Shown here: in pieces, positions 38,076-50,984 of the stretch | Numbering within the stretch: position 1 is the stretch's first letter | Layout: each line of letters begins with the position of its first letter | Program-made: the position numbers and the translations under genes | Source of the DNA: Auanema rhodensis | Lineage: Eukaryota; Animalia; Nematoda | DNA length: 64,000 bases | Direction: 5' to 3' | Assembly (NCBI GenBank): GCA_964057225.1 | Contig: OZ059899.1 | Location: 5,332,001-5,396,000 of the forward strand | The notes under the pieces: model-generated | The model's input: only the letters and a program-made list of their open reading frames with translations | Databases searched by the model: none | What the model was told of the DNA's origin: nothing

Positions 38076-41000
38076 TTATCGAGCGTAAGAAAAGTATTGC
38101 TCATCACCCTCTCGACGACGTTCATAAAAGAACATGTAACCGTTTTTACCAGATTCTCGAAGAACAGTTTGTTCATCCACCTAAATGTCGAAATCAATAT
38201 ATTGAATATCATGTACTGTAGTTGACCTCCTTGATATGAATATCATCACAATGCAACCAGACTCCTAGATCACTCTCATAGCAAAAGCTTGTATAATGAC
38301 CTTAAATGAAGAAAGTAAAAAAACCAAATTCAGCTTGTAAGAACCTGAACCAGTTCCTGAACCCAAATGAGACACTACAGATACTAGTGTATAAACAGGA
38401 TCATCGTCTTTAGTGTATTCATAGGGTAATTCCGGGAAATAATCGTATTCACTATTGCTTTCGATACCCTCTTCATCATCATGATCAGATGCAGAATCAG
38501 TTTTTTTCCGCCTTGCAATAGTACCAGAATGTTCTAGATACCAGGACTGAAAGCAATGATAAAGATACATAAAACGAGATAAACAAAGTTAAAGCTGTTA
38601 ATACCTGAACTGTTGACAACTTATCACCATCGTAGCACACCCGAGGTGCATAAGCTGGGGCAAAATGTACATTACTATCATTGTAAATGTAAATAGCTCC
38701 TCTTGTCCTGATCATTTCATTTATGATCTCATCATCATGCTTAATTCCTAAAAAAGCAATTTTTAACAGAAGATATCAAATAAAATTCAAACTTTCTATG
38801 AAATTTCCCTTTTCGTGTTTAAACAATGGTCGAAATACTTGCCATTTGTCCAAATAAGAATATATAACACATCTTGAAAAACGATATAATAGTAACAATA
38901 GCTAATGGCTTTCTTACTGCATCAGCGTTGCTGCAGCAGAAATTTCCACATTTGTTCCCCAGATACTATCTTGTCTCATGGTTCTGAATCAAATACATAT
39001 AAAAAAATAAAAATGTTTATATTACTGAATATAATGATCCATATCACTTTCGTCAGCAGGCAAATGACCGGAAAATTCCTCCTTATGAAGTTCCATAAAG
39101 TCACAGATCTGAAAAAAAAAATTAAAAAAAAAAAAAGAGTTAGATTGTTACGGATTGTCGGATAAGCTGAAATCCCTTTTCACTACCACCAAAAATGTAC
39201 CAACTTAAGCATCGAAAGAGACAATTTCCATCTCCATCAACATTTCTAGTGTGCGGTTTCTCATTTAATGGGATAACACAATCTTTCATTAAGTTGGAAT
39301 GAATCCAAGCTCTCCTATATTTAAATAATATTATTTTGAAAAATGAAACTTTAATACATCTCTTCTTTGTCGCATACAGGTTTTCTCTCGGGAGAGAAAA
39401 GAGCTTGTAATTCCAGGGTAACTTCTGATTTCAACGGTTTGAAATATATCCGCTTCTTCTAAATTATTTGCAGATTAAACTTATTAATTGAATGATATCA
39501 ACTTCTTCACAAGATACAGATGTAGATGAGCATGGAAGAATAGAGGTATTGATACTTAACTTAAATTAATAAAAAATAAATAATAATTGAATCAAAACCT
39601 GTCATGTCTTATTGGTGTAGGAATATCAGAGCAGCCGGAACTATCCGGCACACAATCTTCCTAAATTAAAAAAGAGGTTGAATATAATACGTTTACTTTT
39701 CTTACATCATAACTATTTTCCTTTCTTCTCTTACATGGTATCTCATCATCATCATTCTATAAAGAATTATATAGGCTATGAGTTACTTTTTAAAAAAAAA
39801 CCTCTAGAAAAGCTCCTCCTCGTTGTAAAATAGGTGAACGCTTATCAGATAAAAGAATATTTTCATGCCTCGAAGGTATAATATTGCTATTCATCTATGG
39901 AGGAGAATATAGGTCAAAAAGCAAAATATAAAATTGATAGTACCTGTAAAGTTGGTGAGAAGGAGTTCTCTTTCACTATCCTCTGAGATTTTATATTAGA
40001 ACTACGTAAAGGTCCTAAAAATAACAAAACAATAAATCCATATACATAAAATATATTAACCAGTCTTGATGTTTTTTCTTGGAGATTCTGAGGCATCTCT
40101 TTAAAAATTTAATAATAAGTAAAAGAAAATGAAATTGCGATTAGAGGTACCTGATTGTACGACAGAACTGTACTGTTTCATCAGCTTTTGAGTTTGACCC
40201 ATGACAAATATTTTTCAAGTAAATCTCCCTATTAACCTGGAAACGTAAACAATATGGTTTCAACCCGAATAAATAAAAATACTCGAATTGCTTTGGTTAG
40301 TTTTTCAGCACCTTCACTTTTGTACTCATATCGACGTACAGTTACTGCTAGGTATCTTAAAACTATATTGAAACGGTAGTAAAAAAGGAAAAAAATACGT
40401 TGGAATCTTTTTCAAAGACACCAGAAGCCCAGTTAATCGAGAATTTTCATTACAGCTCTCACAGTCTAATTTAACTTTCTCCTTCTCGAAAAATTTTTCC
40501 ACAAGGTTCTGCATGGTAGGCTTCCGTCCTCTAAAATAGAGTAAAGAAGTAAATACTAGTAAGTTCGAATCAACTCACATAGCTGAAACAGTTAGAATGT
40601 TTTCTGGCTCGCATTTGTTTCTTGTAGCACCACATTTACAGGATATTCTTAAAAAAATAGTTAATAAGCAATCTACAAAAAATTATATTTACAATTTATT
40701 ATTTTCTAACCGAAAAAGATCAGCGGGGTTATCAATATTTTCTTGACTCTAAATAAAACAAATAATATTTTTTTTTGATATGAATATAACCTTGTCAATA
40801 GCAATAATTTTTGTTTGCATATAATCTAGTAAATTGTTTAAAAATTCAGAAGCATCCTATAAAGATAATTTTAAACAAACATTATTTTCAAAGAAAAAGG
40901 CAAGTATAAAAACCTGTTGATCATAACTTGCGAAATGCTTTCCAAGATCATTTCCACAACGTGCACGAAAATTGTTTAAACTCTGGAATATACGAAGTAA

Positions 41001-42511
41001 GTATATATGAAAATAGAAAGGCATACATCAAAACTTAAAGTTTTAGGATTAAAATTTGACCGATATCCAAAAGATAAGTGTTTTAATATTTTGTCAAGGC
41101 ATCTAGAAAACATAGTTTCAGTGAATCAAGACATTGTGAAGATTTTACATTAATAAATCCAATTCCTTCGCCGTTTTCGATTCGCATCTTCCAGCTAATG
41201 TTGTTTTAGTTATACGAAATAGTCTTCAACAAAATGTTACAAAAAGGGAAATGTTTGATATATGTTTACCGTTTACGAAATCGATCAAGACATGATAAAG
41301 CTTGTAAAGTTGCATTAATATAACAAGAGTTTCCCACATTTCGCAAGCTGAAAGAGGTTTTATATTAACCTTCACGAACAAACTAACGATTTATAAGAAT
41401 AGCGGTTATTGGCAATAATGTCATCATAATCTTGGTCAGCATCAAGCTCAACAAGTTCAATGTCTTTAGTTTGACTCCGTAAATTTGAACTAGGAGATGA
41501 AATCAGAGAACGTCGCGATCTTGTGGATTGCGATTTTGGTGTCATATCTAGGTTATCAAATGCCGATGAACTCGATGCGACAAGTGGAGAAGCATTTGAG
41601 AATCCGGTAGTTTTACTTGAGCTAGGTCTACTCTCATTAGCAAGTTGAGATAGCGTAGGCTGAACTGATTTATGAAAAATACTTGAACATTTAATATTAC
41701 CCTAGATCCACTGGGTGAAGTCAAAACTTTTTCGTTTGCCATCTGAGTCAGAGAAGTCTATAAATACAAAAACATTTTGATTGGTGAAATAAAGGCTTAC
41801 CCTATTCGAACTGAGGGGAACAGCTTTAAATTGCGTTCGCTAAAATTTTAATAGAATGAAGAAGTAAAATTGTACTTACTGTTTTGGAAGTTGGTGTTCT
41901 CGGAAAGTTCTGAAAAAAAAGTAAAATCATGGAAGAAATTTTAAGGAAGACATACCAAACTGGAAGCGGAGGGAGAACTTCCATAAAAAGAACTAACTTG
42001 GTGGTGTACATCCGATTTCTCCGTAGGGGAGCTGACCTTTTTGCTCTGTAACATTCCTTTCCTGGATTCCCCTATATTACCAAATAGTTGAAAATTGAAT
42101 GTATTAAAAATTACGTTTAAACATTTTTTTCAAGCAAGCAGCAGTTCTTTCATATTCAGTTGTTGATATATAAGATAGACATATCGAAACATATCTGAAA
42201 AAAAAATAGCATATTTACGTTTATGAAAATATGCGAACGCCTCATGACAATCAACAAAATCGAGATTAATTCTTCGCCTGGCCTTGTTTAGTTGAAAAAG
42301 CTCTGTCGGATATTTGAAATCATTATCATGGAAAATCTCTGAGCGATCTCCAATCTAGATTGCATATATAAATTACTAAATCATATTGAAAACATACCGT
42401 CATTTGCATGCAATTATCAAAAAAGGTTAGATACCCTTTTTTATCAATGTTACATTTTGATTTTGTTTTCAAACTTATACTCGTGTGATGTGCAAGAGCA
42501 GCATCGTGCAT
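38076..42511 (-). CDS. Deubiquitinase with a USP (USP26/29/37-like) catalytic domain containing a nested OTU domain; duo family
   Basis: USP Cys box LRNVGNSCYINATLQAL (Cys 41323-41325), QQDASEFL, CxC/CxxC zinc ribbon, His box VSVVSHLGSGTGSGHYTS (His 38296-38298), WLHCDD, GYMFFY. The OTU motifs DGDGNCLFR (Cys 39221-39223), WGTNVEISAAATL and IYIYNDSNVHF (His 38665-38667) lie between the USP boxes. The architecture matches C. elegans duo-1/2/3; the specific paralog is unresolved. Confidence 0.88.
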
Positions 42512-42705
42512 GATCTGAAGTTGTGAATGAAAAAAACTCGTCTAAAGATTGGAAAAACGAGATATGTATTTGAAAACGAGTGCAAGAAACACATAATTGA
42601 AAGTTAGATATACTATTATTATTATTATTATTATTTGAAAGTCGTGAAATAAAACAATTCTAGTTCATGCAATTAATAGATAGAATATCTTCTCTACATG
42701 TAGAG

Positions 42706-45700
42706 CTAACACGGTTCAGGCTCCGTCATTGTTTTTACATACCTGAAACCGTAATTATAACCTAATTATTTAAAACTACTTACCTCTGCAGTGATTCTAC
42801 AAATTCCGAATAACTCCGATAGAAGATAGATCGCTCTCGTATCCACTTCGAAACTCTAGTTGAAGATTGTCCTCCTATATGTAAAACATACGCAACAAGT
42901 CGGAAGTTCAATTTAAACCTGTGGGATTAACTTGATTTCTTAATCTAGAATCCAGCATGATTAGAGCGGACCAATCATTCTTATGTCGAAGACCACTTAA
43001 CCATTTTTCTTATAACTATTTTATAATATAATCTAACCGTCCTAATGCCTGATTTAGTGCTCTATACGCTTGTGTATGATACCACTGATCGCCATTTAAA
43101 ATTCGGGTATTTGCTAATTGAGCTCTTTCCGAGTTATACTTTTTTTTCTCTTTAACCTTAACGTTTTTCATATTTTGAATCTCGATTTCACGAAACATTC
43201 AAGTTACCACTCCCTCGCCAATATACGGATATGGTATTCCAATTGATAAAACAACTCTAGCCAAATCATCAGCAAAATCAATGCCTTCCGATATCTAACA
43301 TTAAAAAAAATAAAACTATAAAAGATAAATGTATCACTTTTCCCCTAAAAACAGCAAACATTATTGCACCATCCACGCTTGCTCCAAATTTGTGAGGATC
43401 CTTGATAGCTGCCGTATAGTTATCCATCACAGCAGCTAAATCTGAAGATCTTCGAGGCTCCTCCAAAATAACCTTAAAAAAATATTTAGTTAGAAATACT
43501 TTAAATTAAACCTTTTTTTTCTGAATTCTTTTATCCACTCCCAAGACTTTCATTTTTTGCATAATATCACTTAATGTTCTGTAACTAGGTAGGAAAACCA
43601 AAACTCCCTTCGGAACAAGCTCAGTAATATTTCTGAAAAATGCCTTCATATATTATAAAAGATTAATTATTGAAAATACTCAATGACGTCAACAATGGCC
43701 TGAATAACTGCAGGTTGGCTTAAATTGGTAGCAGTTGCAGCTATTTCCGTACCATTCGGACCCTTCAAATGTTATTGATCAAAAAAAAATTTATCTGCCT
43801 GTTTCTATACAATAGGCAAAATAGCGGCAAAAATATTTTTATCCTCGATGACTTGACGACCTTCCACTTGAATACTAAAATCCATTCCAAGTTCAGTTTG
43901 CAATGTTTCTGTAGGGCAAAGAGTACCAGAGGCTAGAATCACCGAGCGACTTTCTCGAAAAGCATCCATGAAAGTCTTAAATTTGATATGAACCGCTGGT
44001 ACAGATTAAAGGATACTCACAATTTCGGGACTCATACACCAAAAAGAAAAAGAAGATTTCATACCACTAACTATGGGTCTTAATCCCAGCGGACCAGTGG
44101 TTGAGTCTAGCCAAGGTGAGTCAGGCGCTTCATTATATTTACTATTTTTTGGTCCCTTTAAAACTACAGTAAGATTTTTCATAACTCGAAATTATACTTG
44201 AGAGCTAGAAATTTCATGTTGAGCATACGAATTATTGTGATTTACGGCCTCAAGTAATATATTCAATCTAAAATTTATGTTAACAAAACTGTAATTAATA
44301 TGATGCAAACCTATAGCATGTTTGATAGTCAGGCTTACTGAAAAACGTTTGGAAATACATCCATTTCTCAACTAATACAATAGCAACTCCTGACGGCTTC
44401 AAGTGATCGATTCCAGCATTAGCTGTAGGATCTTCATTCTGACCAGTAAAGGAGTTGAAACAATCCTAAATATTTGCAAAATACAGAACATTGAAAAGGT
44501 GAAATAAAACCATTATCATTTCATACTCGGGTGAAGATTGGGCAACCAGTAAAGGAGGAGCACATTTGAAAGAAACTAATGAATCTTTTAGAACAGCCCA
44601 TGAACTAAGCAAGAAGGTTGTGGAGAAACTCTCTCAATTGATCTTACTCTGTTTTCTGCCTTGATTTATTGAAATCCTGCTTTTCTTGTAATACAGGGAA
44701 AGCTCTCTGCGTGAACCATTCTCGAATGTTGGTTACTAATTTCACTAACTTTAAAAGAATGAGCAAAGAGAAACTTTTTAAATGTATACCACTCCATATG
44801 ATTTACTGAATTCAATGAGTTTAGCTTTAACCGTTTCATCCTCTGGCTTCGTAGCGGTAAAGCTCATAAGACTCTCGTGTACATCCTGCTCTTAATTTTT
44901 AGACATACTGTATGTTTGAGAGGTTGTGTGTGAAAACTCAAACCTTTCTGTTTTAGTGACGCCAGAGCGTCTCCGATTTCCTTCTCATAAAACGTAAAAG
45001 AAGCAGAATCTCTACATGTATCTTCAATATTATGAGCTTCATCTAATAATATGATGCTATTTTTTAAAATTACATCAGAAGAATGACGAATTATAGGGTC
45101 TGAGAGCGAATATCAAATATTATAACAACTACAATACTAACCTACTAAATAACTGAAAGGGCAAAATATCAAATCGGCATCCTGAGTTAAAATTCGAGTA
45201 GAAGCGAAATACGGACATAATGAAGGGCTTTCCTCTTTTAGAACTGATACTAAATCTTCTATATCGAATACCGTCGGACCCTTAACATTTTTATTATTAT
45301 AGATTTTAACAGAATATGTTGTAATTTTCAAGAGTTTATGAGGCATACCGTTTGCTCAATATGAGACCTCATAGGTTTAGGTTGATCCATTTTGAAAGTT
45401 CGAATATTAGATTTATGCATACATCCTGGCTGAATTAAATGAAACTTCTTTTCGTACTAACAATTTCTTTACTACCCCGTTATTTGATAAAGTTTCTTTG
45501 CATTTTGCAGTTAAATCATAAGAATTTCGTACACTTTCGTTTATACAGGATTGTTCCCGACTTGCTAGAATAGTATGTCTGTAAAAATAAACTGCTTAAA
45601 ATAAACAAAAAGGCCTCCACTTCACAATTCCTGCGTATGGAAGTCTTGAAAACTCTTTAACAACCTGCCCTATCTGCTTATGAGTCCGGGTCCCATAATA

Positions 45701-46588
45701 TATTCGAACACGACTGAAATAAAATGATAAAGATGGAAAAGAAACTAGAATATTCGTAACATACGGAAGACAAGAACACTCCAGTTTTTTAGCTTCACCC
45801 ATAGACCGCATGATTTTCACCTATAATTTCAATCAACTTTTATTGGAACCTAAGTCTTATGTAATTAACTTACTTTGTTCACCATAGGCGACGACATAAA
45901 ATCTTTTTCGAATTCGTCTTCATCTGAATAAATAATAATCTATTTGGATGAACTGTAGAGAGCTTTACGTGTATTGGGTGGTTTAACATTTTCATCATCA
46001 TCTAAAACTACTACATCCGAATCATTCAACGTTGTTGACATCAGAGACTCGTCGGCCGGTTCATATTCTTCCTCTAAAAGAAATGATTATCTTCTAAAAA
46101 AACCGTTGTACGCACGAAATTTATTGTCAACCCCATGAACCGGACAAGATGCCTTAGCTTCCTTTCTTTGCGTTTGATAGTTGACAATCCAGGCACAAGT
46201 TGAAGCAAGCAGGGCAAGAGTTTTTCCTAAGTGATGATTGAAATAGTTTACATAAGCAATTTTAACATATTTACCACTTCCAGTAGGACTTTCTGCGAGA
46301 ACGTTCTGTTTTTTATTTAAAGCTGTTAAAATTCGTGCTATAATCAACTTTTGTGATGGATATAGCTTAACCCCTTTTGGAAATTTAACCTGAATACCAC
46401 ATATAGGTAAAGAATCGAATATCGTATTGTCTACTTCACATCTAAATGATAATATTATAGTTGCAAAAACCAAAACTTAAAAAAAACCTAGGTCTTTTTC
46501 TTGTTTTGGTAGTTTTTTCCTTTTTCAGCTTCTGCCACCAACCCATACCCCTCTCTTTTCGGGATTTGGCTGATAGGGTTACACTCAT
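42706..46588 (-). CDS. dog-1: FANCJ/BRIP1 Fe-S DNA helicase
   Basis: [140 protein letters not shown]. This matches recalled C. elegans DOG-1. Confidence 0.95.
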
Positions 46589-46726
46589 TTGGCGATCTTA
46601 GGATAATTACCTAATTAACATCAAACATGACAACGTATATTATTTATACTCCCAAGAAAACCAACCAAGATCGAATATAAGAACATTTTAAGAAATATAT
46701 GCAACAATAAAAATATTCAACTTAAT

Positions 46727-46734
46727 TAAGATGG
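46727..46734. promoter_or_regulatory. E2F/DP (DREAM)-type site TTTCCCGC in the dog-1/SMIM14 divergent promoter
   Basis: Exact E2F consensus within a CpG-rich island (~46720-46960) between head-to-head genes, ~140 bp from the dog-1 ATG. Confidence 0.55.
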
Positions 46735-47077
46735 CAGTCCCCTTAGTTTCAAGCCTAGATTTCAGCTTGAACTTTGAGTCACCCGTTTTCCCGCAATAAA
46801 CACTCGTTGACGTGAATCGTCTTGTTGGCGCATATCATGTTGACTCGACGTGTATTAAACAGCCTGGTAGCGGAGGGATGGGGCGTTTCTGCAATGCGAT
46901 GTAGTCGCATCGCGAACATTGATTTCCCGTCGCTTCACCCGTAAATCAGCTGGACGGCTTTCCTTTTCTATAAATATTTCGTTTGTTGTAATATTCCTTG
47001 GTATTCCTATATATATATATTCTAATATGCATATATTTTCCTTAAGCCATCAAAGATTTTTGATATTGTTTCCAGGT

Positions 47078-47790
47078 ATGAGTGATCCGTGCCAGTGTAT
47101 TTTTGATCATGAAGCTGCCATGCGAAGACTGATCAACTGGGTAACTATTTTCATTTTAACATGTAATTAAAATATGTAATATTCTTATAAAAACTGGTAA
47201 AATTGAAAAACTTTCTTCTTCTCATGAAATTGGAAAAAATATTATCACGTATTGCTTTATTTTCCACATTTCTCATTTAAGAAAAAAATTGATTCAGGAT
47301 AGTTCTCACATTTTGTACACTGAGGTTTATTTAAAAATCGCGCAAGAAGCAGCTGTAATGCTTTTCTCTTATCATTAAATTATCTAATAATTTTCGATAA
47401 AGTATACCCAACGGTCGAAATATTCTTATGTTAGTAGAAAGTAAAACAAAAAATATAATAGCTTTTGAAAAGTATTATCTGATGATACATTTAAATGTTA
47501 TGAAATATCAAATTTTTTCAGCTGCGAGAGAATGGGGAAGAAACCAATACAGATTTGTTGCCAAATACTTCGGCACCCACTGAGACTAATACCTTTGTTA
47601 TGTGGACATTATTATGGGGAGTTATTGCACTTCTAATGTTTTTTAGTCGCCCTAACTCTCTTCGCTCACAACCTCGTGAACCTACTGGAAAGCCTGGGCC
47701 TAGAGATGACGACGTATGTTTCTACCTTATACATTTTAGAAATATTTAATTTTTCAGAATAATCCTCACCCACCTCCAGATGTTTTATAA
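47078..47790 (+). CDS. SMIM14: Small integral membrane protein 14 (DUF2615) homolog; 3 exons
   Basis: MSDPCQCIFDHEAAMRRLINW/LRENG...FVMWTLLWGVIALLMFFSRPNSLRSQ...KP...HPPPDVL*. The DPCxC..HExAMRRL motif, single TM and RP.SLR are diagnostic. Confidence 0.9.
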
Positions 47791-48098
47791 AAGCCGCTAT
47801 CAGTCTAAAAATGTCATTGATTTTATTCCTTCTAGGATACAAAACCAGACTTTCTATAGGGCGCAAATGTACATAGTGTATGATGCATTAACTTTTTTTG
47901 AAGCTTTCCTACTGGTATTTATATCTCTGTCTCTATTCAACTTTAACAATTTTATCCTATTGTGATCTTGATGTTTCATCCTTTTTTTTTTCATCGCTAG
48001 TCTTGGGTATTTCTGAAGTACAGACCGGTGTTATAGTTACCGAAAAAAAATTTTCTTTCTGAAATATTAATTTAATACAAAGAGCAGATTACAGAAGA

Positions 48099-49484
48099 TC
48101 ATAAGAAGTAAGGAATGAGTAATTTTTCAGGCTTAGCACCGTCAGGTTCAGGAACACTTTCGAAGACAAGAGCCTCTTTGCTGCCTCCAGGGCCTAGAGC
48201 AAGAACAGCAGCAAGATTTCCACAACGGTAGCAATAGTTGGGAGCTGAACTTCGTATTTTTGAAAACTATTGCATTTCATATAAACATACCAGACCATAC
48301 GGTACATAGCTTGTCTTTGAACATATATTTTATGCCTTCGTCAACCAATTGGTGAGAGCGACATATTAAATCAAGAGCATTAGTTTCCAAAAAATTAGAG
48401 ACGACACTGTGTCCAAACAACTGTGTGAACAATGGGTAATAAAATATGAAATGCATATTATCACATACCCATCCAGCACCCCGCTGACTCATAACATAGC
48501 CCTCTATATCATCTTCGGGATCAGACCACATGATGTCACACAACGCGCCCTAAAAGGGGAAATTAATAAAATCCCTATTGTAGCCACAACTTTATTTGGA
48601 ATTTCGCCTGCTCTATCTAGGCTCAGCATTTTATCTAATGATTTAATTTCCGGCGATAATCCACCATGTACACACATGACTGAATCATCAATAACAGCAG
48701 CTATAGGAAGCATATCAAACACCTGAAAACAAGTTTAACTGACAGAAAAACAATATAATGATTACTTTACAAAACCACCGGTATACAAGAGTATGCCCAT
48801 ATTTGTTTTGGCATTCATCGTAGAACCCATAGACAGAAGAAATACGCCGTGACTCGTGGTTTCCTCGTAGTAAAGTTATGCGATCAGGATATCTCAAAAC
48901 GTTTGTTGATTTTATTTAAATCAAAAAGCGAACCTTAGAAGAAGAGTGAATAATAATGTACATGTTTCCAAACTGTGATGACCTCTATCAACATAATCAC
49001 CCATGAATATATATTTAGTATCAGGTAAAGCTCCACCTTAAATTTTTAAAAAGTACTAACTGTTTAGAATAAATAATTATTACCAATTTTGAATAATTCT
49101 AAAAGATCAAAAAATTGCCCGTGAATATCACCGCAAACAGTTACAGGAGTATCCACTCTAACAACATTCGGAAGCATAGCTAATTGAGCGATTAAACTAA
49201 GAAAGCAAGAGTAATATATATGAATTATACAAAAACACTTACACATTACATAGGGAAATTATCTCTTCCTCAGGAAGATATTTGCATTCTTTTGCTAACT
49301 CAACCCAGCGATCAGGATCTACTTTGCAATCCGTTCTTTAAGTGCGGCAAAATGTATGTTTTAGCTCTATTAGCACTTACTGTATTTTCAAATCATCAAT
49401 CATTGTTCCCAAGACATCGTCAGGAATGTTCCTATCAGCAGGCATGACATCATCTGTGAAATTGAGAGCAACATCAGTGCTCAT
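48099..49484 (-). CDS. pph-6: Serine/threonine protein phosphatase 6 catalytic subunit
   Basis: [94 protein letters not shown]-terminal PYFL*. Confidence 0.95.
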
Positions 49485-49694
49485 GTTTTCTATAGAAAAA
49501 TTCATAAAAATAAACGCATCATTTTAAAATATAAATTAGGGGTATACCAGAAAAAACCCAAATAATATATATTTACGATTTATATCTGAACCTAACCTAA
49601 ATGGAACAAAAAAGTCTAAGCGTCTTCAAACTAATCATAACAATTTAAAAATATAACAAAAAAAAAATAAGATCAAACTTCATCACAGTAATTT

Positions 49695-50707
49695 TTACTC
49701 TACAACTACTCCTACTTGAGCAGCACGAATTGGTCGTCCCTTTAAGGAATATCCAACTTTAGCAACGTGACCTATGCAGCCTGCTTCCACATTAGGCATC
49801 TAAACATAAACATAACAAATTATAAATTATATAAAACTTGCTTGAGCTTGAGGAAGTTGGAAAACAGCTTCATGCAGGTTGGGGTCAAACTTTTCGTCTT
49901 GTGGGTTAACAGATACCAGACCATGTTTTCCAAATGTTTTGTGCAATACCTAAACATTTTTTATATTGAAAAATCGATAAATTATCAACATACGGTCTTA
50001 GTCATGACGATTCCATCATGTAAATTCTTAAGTGATTTGTCTCCCTTTGCGAGATCTTCCTCTTTGATGGAAGAAACAGCTAAATCCATGATGTCCGCAA
50101 CCTGTTAAATTAAATGTTGTTCAATCAATAAAACTTTAATAAATAAAAGTTACCTCTAACAAATCTTTACAGAAGCCCTGAATGGCAAAAAGCTTAGCTT
50201 CCTCTACTAATCTATTTCCTCTAGTTCTAACGTTTTGTGTTTCTGCTAAAGAGCGCTGGTACTTGTCCTAAACAATAAAACATTTTTGATATCTAAAACT
50301 ATATTATTACTTTCCAGTCATTAGTTTCATTAATAAGAGCGTCGTATTCTTGAAGAAGTACATCAAAAGCTGGTTTTGGAACACTTTCTTCAGATACTAC
50401 TGTTTTAATGCTCTCTACATATTCAGCTCCTGAATGTGATACTTTGATGAAATGGTTAATCACAAAACACCACAAATAAAAAAATTCTAATTATTGCTTA
50501 CCAGAGAGACGTTTTCCATTCTTATTAATTTCAAATTTTACATCACTTTGTGATTCAGCTGATGAAGAACTAAATCTTAAAACAGTTGAACTTCTATAAT
50601 CAAAAATACAATAATGAAATAAGAAATAAAAAAAACCTGCTAGAAGAAGCAACGGAAATTCCGCTGCGAGCAGCACTCACTAATCTAGAAGTTTGGCGAG
50701 AAATCAT
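49695..50707 (-). CDS. Mitochondrial GrpE nucleotide-exchange factor (GRPEL1 homolog)
   Basis: Arg/Ser-rich presequence MISRQTSRLVSAARSGISVASS, then DKYQRSLAETQNVRTRG...AKLFAIQGFCKDLLEVADIMDLA...FDPNLHEAVF...GYSLKGRPIRAAQVGV. Confidence 0.93.
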
Positions 50708-50984
50708 AGTCTAAATTGTTGCTCAATTAATTGTCACTACAAAAAAAATTAAAATAATATAATATTTTCAAATTTAAATCTATAGTTATTCAGTAAACCT
50801 CGATTACGTAAGATTCAAAATACACTTAGAGTTTCATTTATCCATTAAATTCCGCGTGGGACCAGTTTCCAAGATTAAAAGCTATTTGCATAGAAATTCT
50901 GCTTTTCTGAAGTTTTTTCTTGATTGTATATTTTACATAATCGTAATAAACTAATTGTAATTACAAGAATTTCATTCAGACAAA
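50708..50984. promoter_or_regulatory. Bidirectional promoter between GrpE (-) and TFIIH p44 (+)
   Basis: Head-to-head start codons 277 bp apart, each preceded by an AG acceptor (likely trans-splice site), with a small GC patch TTCCGCGTGGG at 50850. Confidence 0.6.

Noticed and set aside
42692-42705. Perfect 14-bp palindrome CTCTACATGTAGAG directly after the dog-1 stop, as a readthrough signal
   Set aside because: Readthrough would hit another TAG after three codons, and the context is not a known readthrough motif.
49589-49600. AACCTAACCTAA and scattered single TTAGGC hexamers as telomeric or DNA-elimination signals
   Set aside because: Too short, not arrayed and expected by chance.
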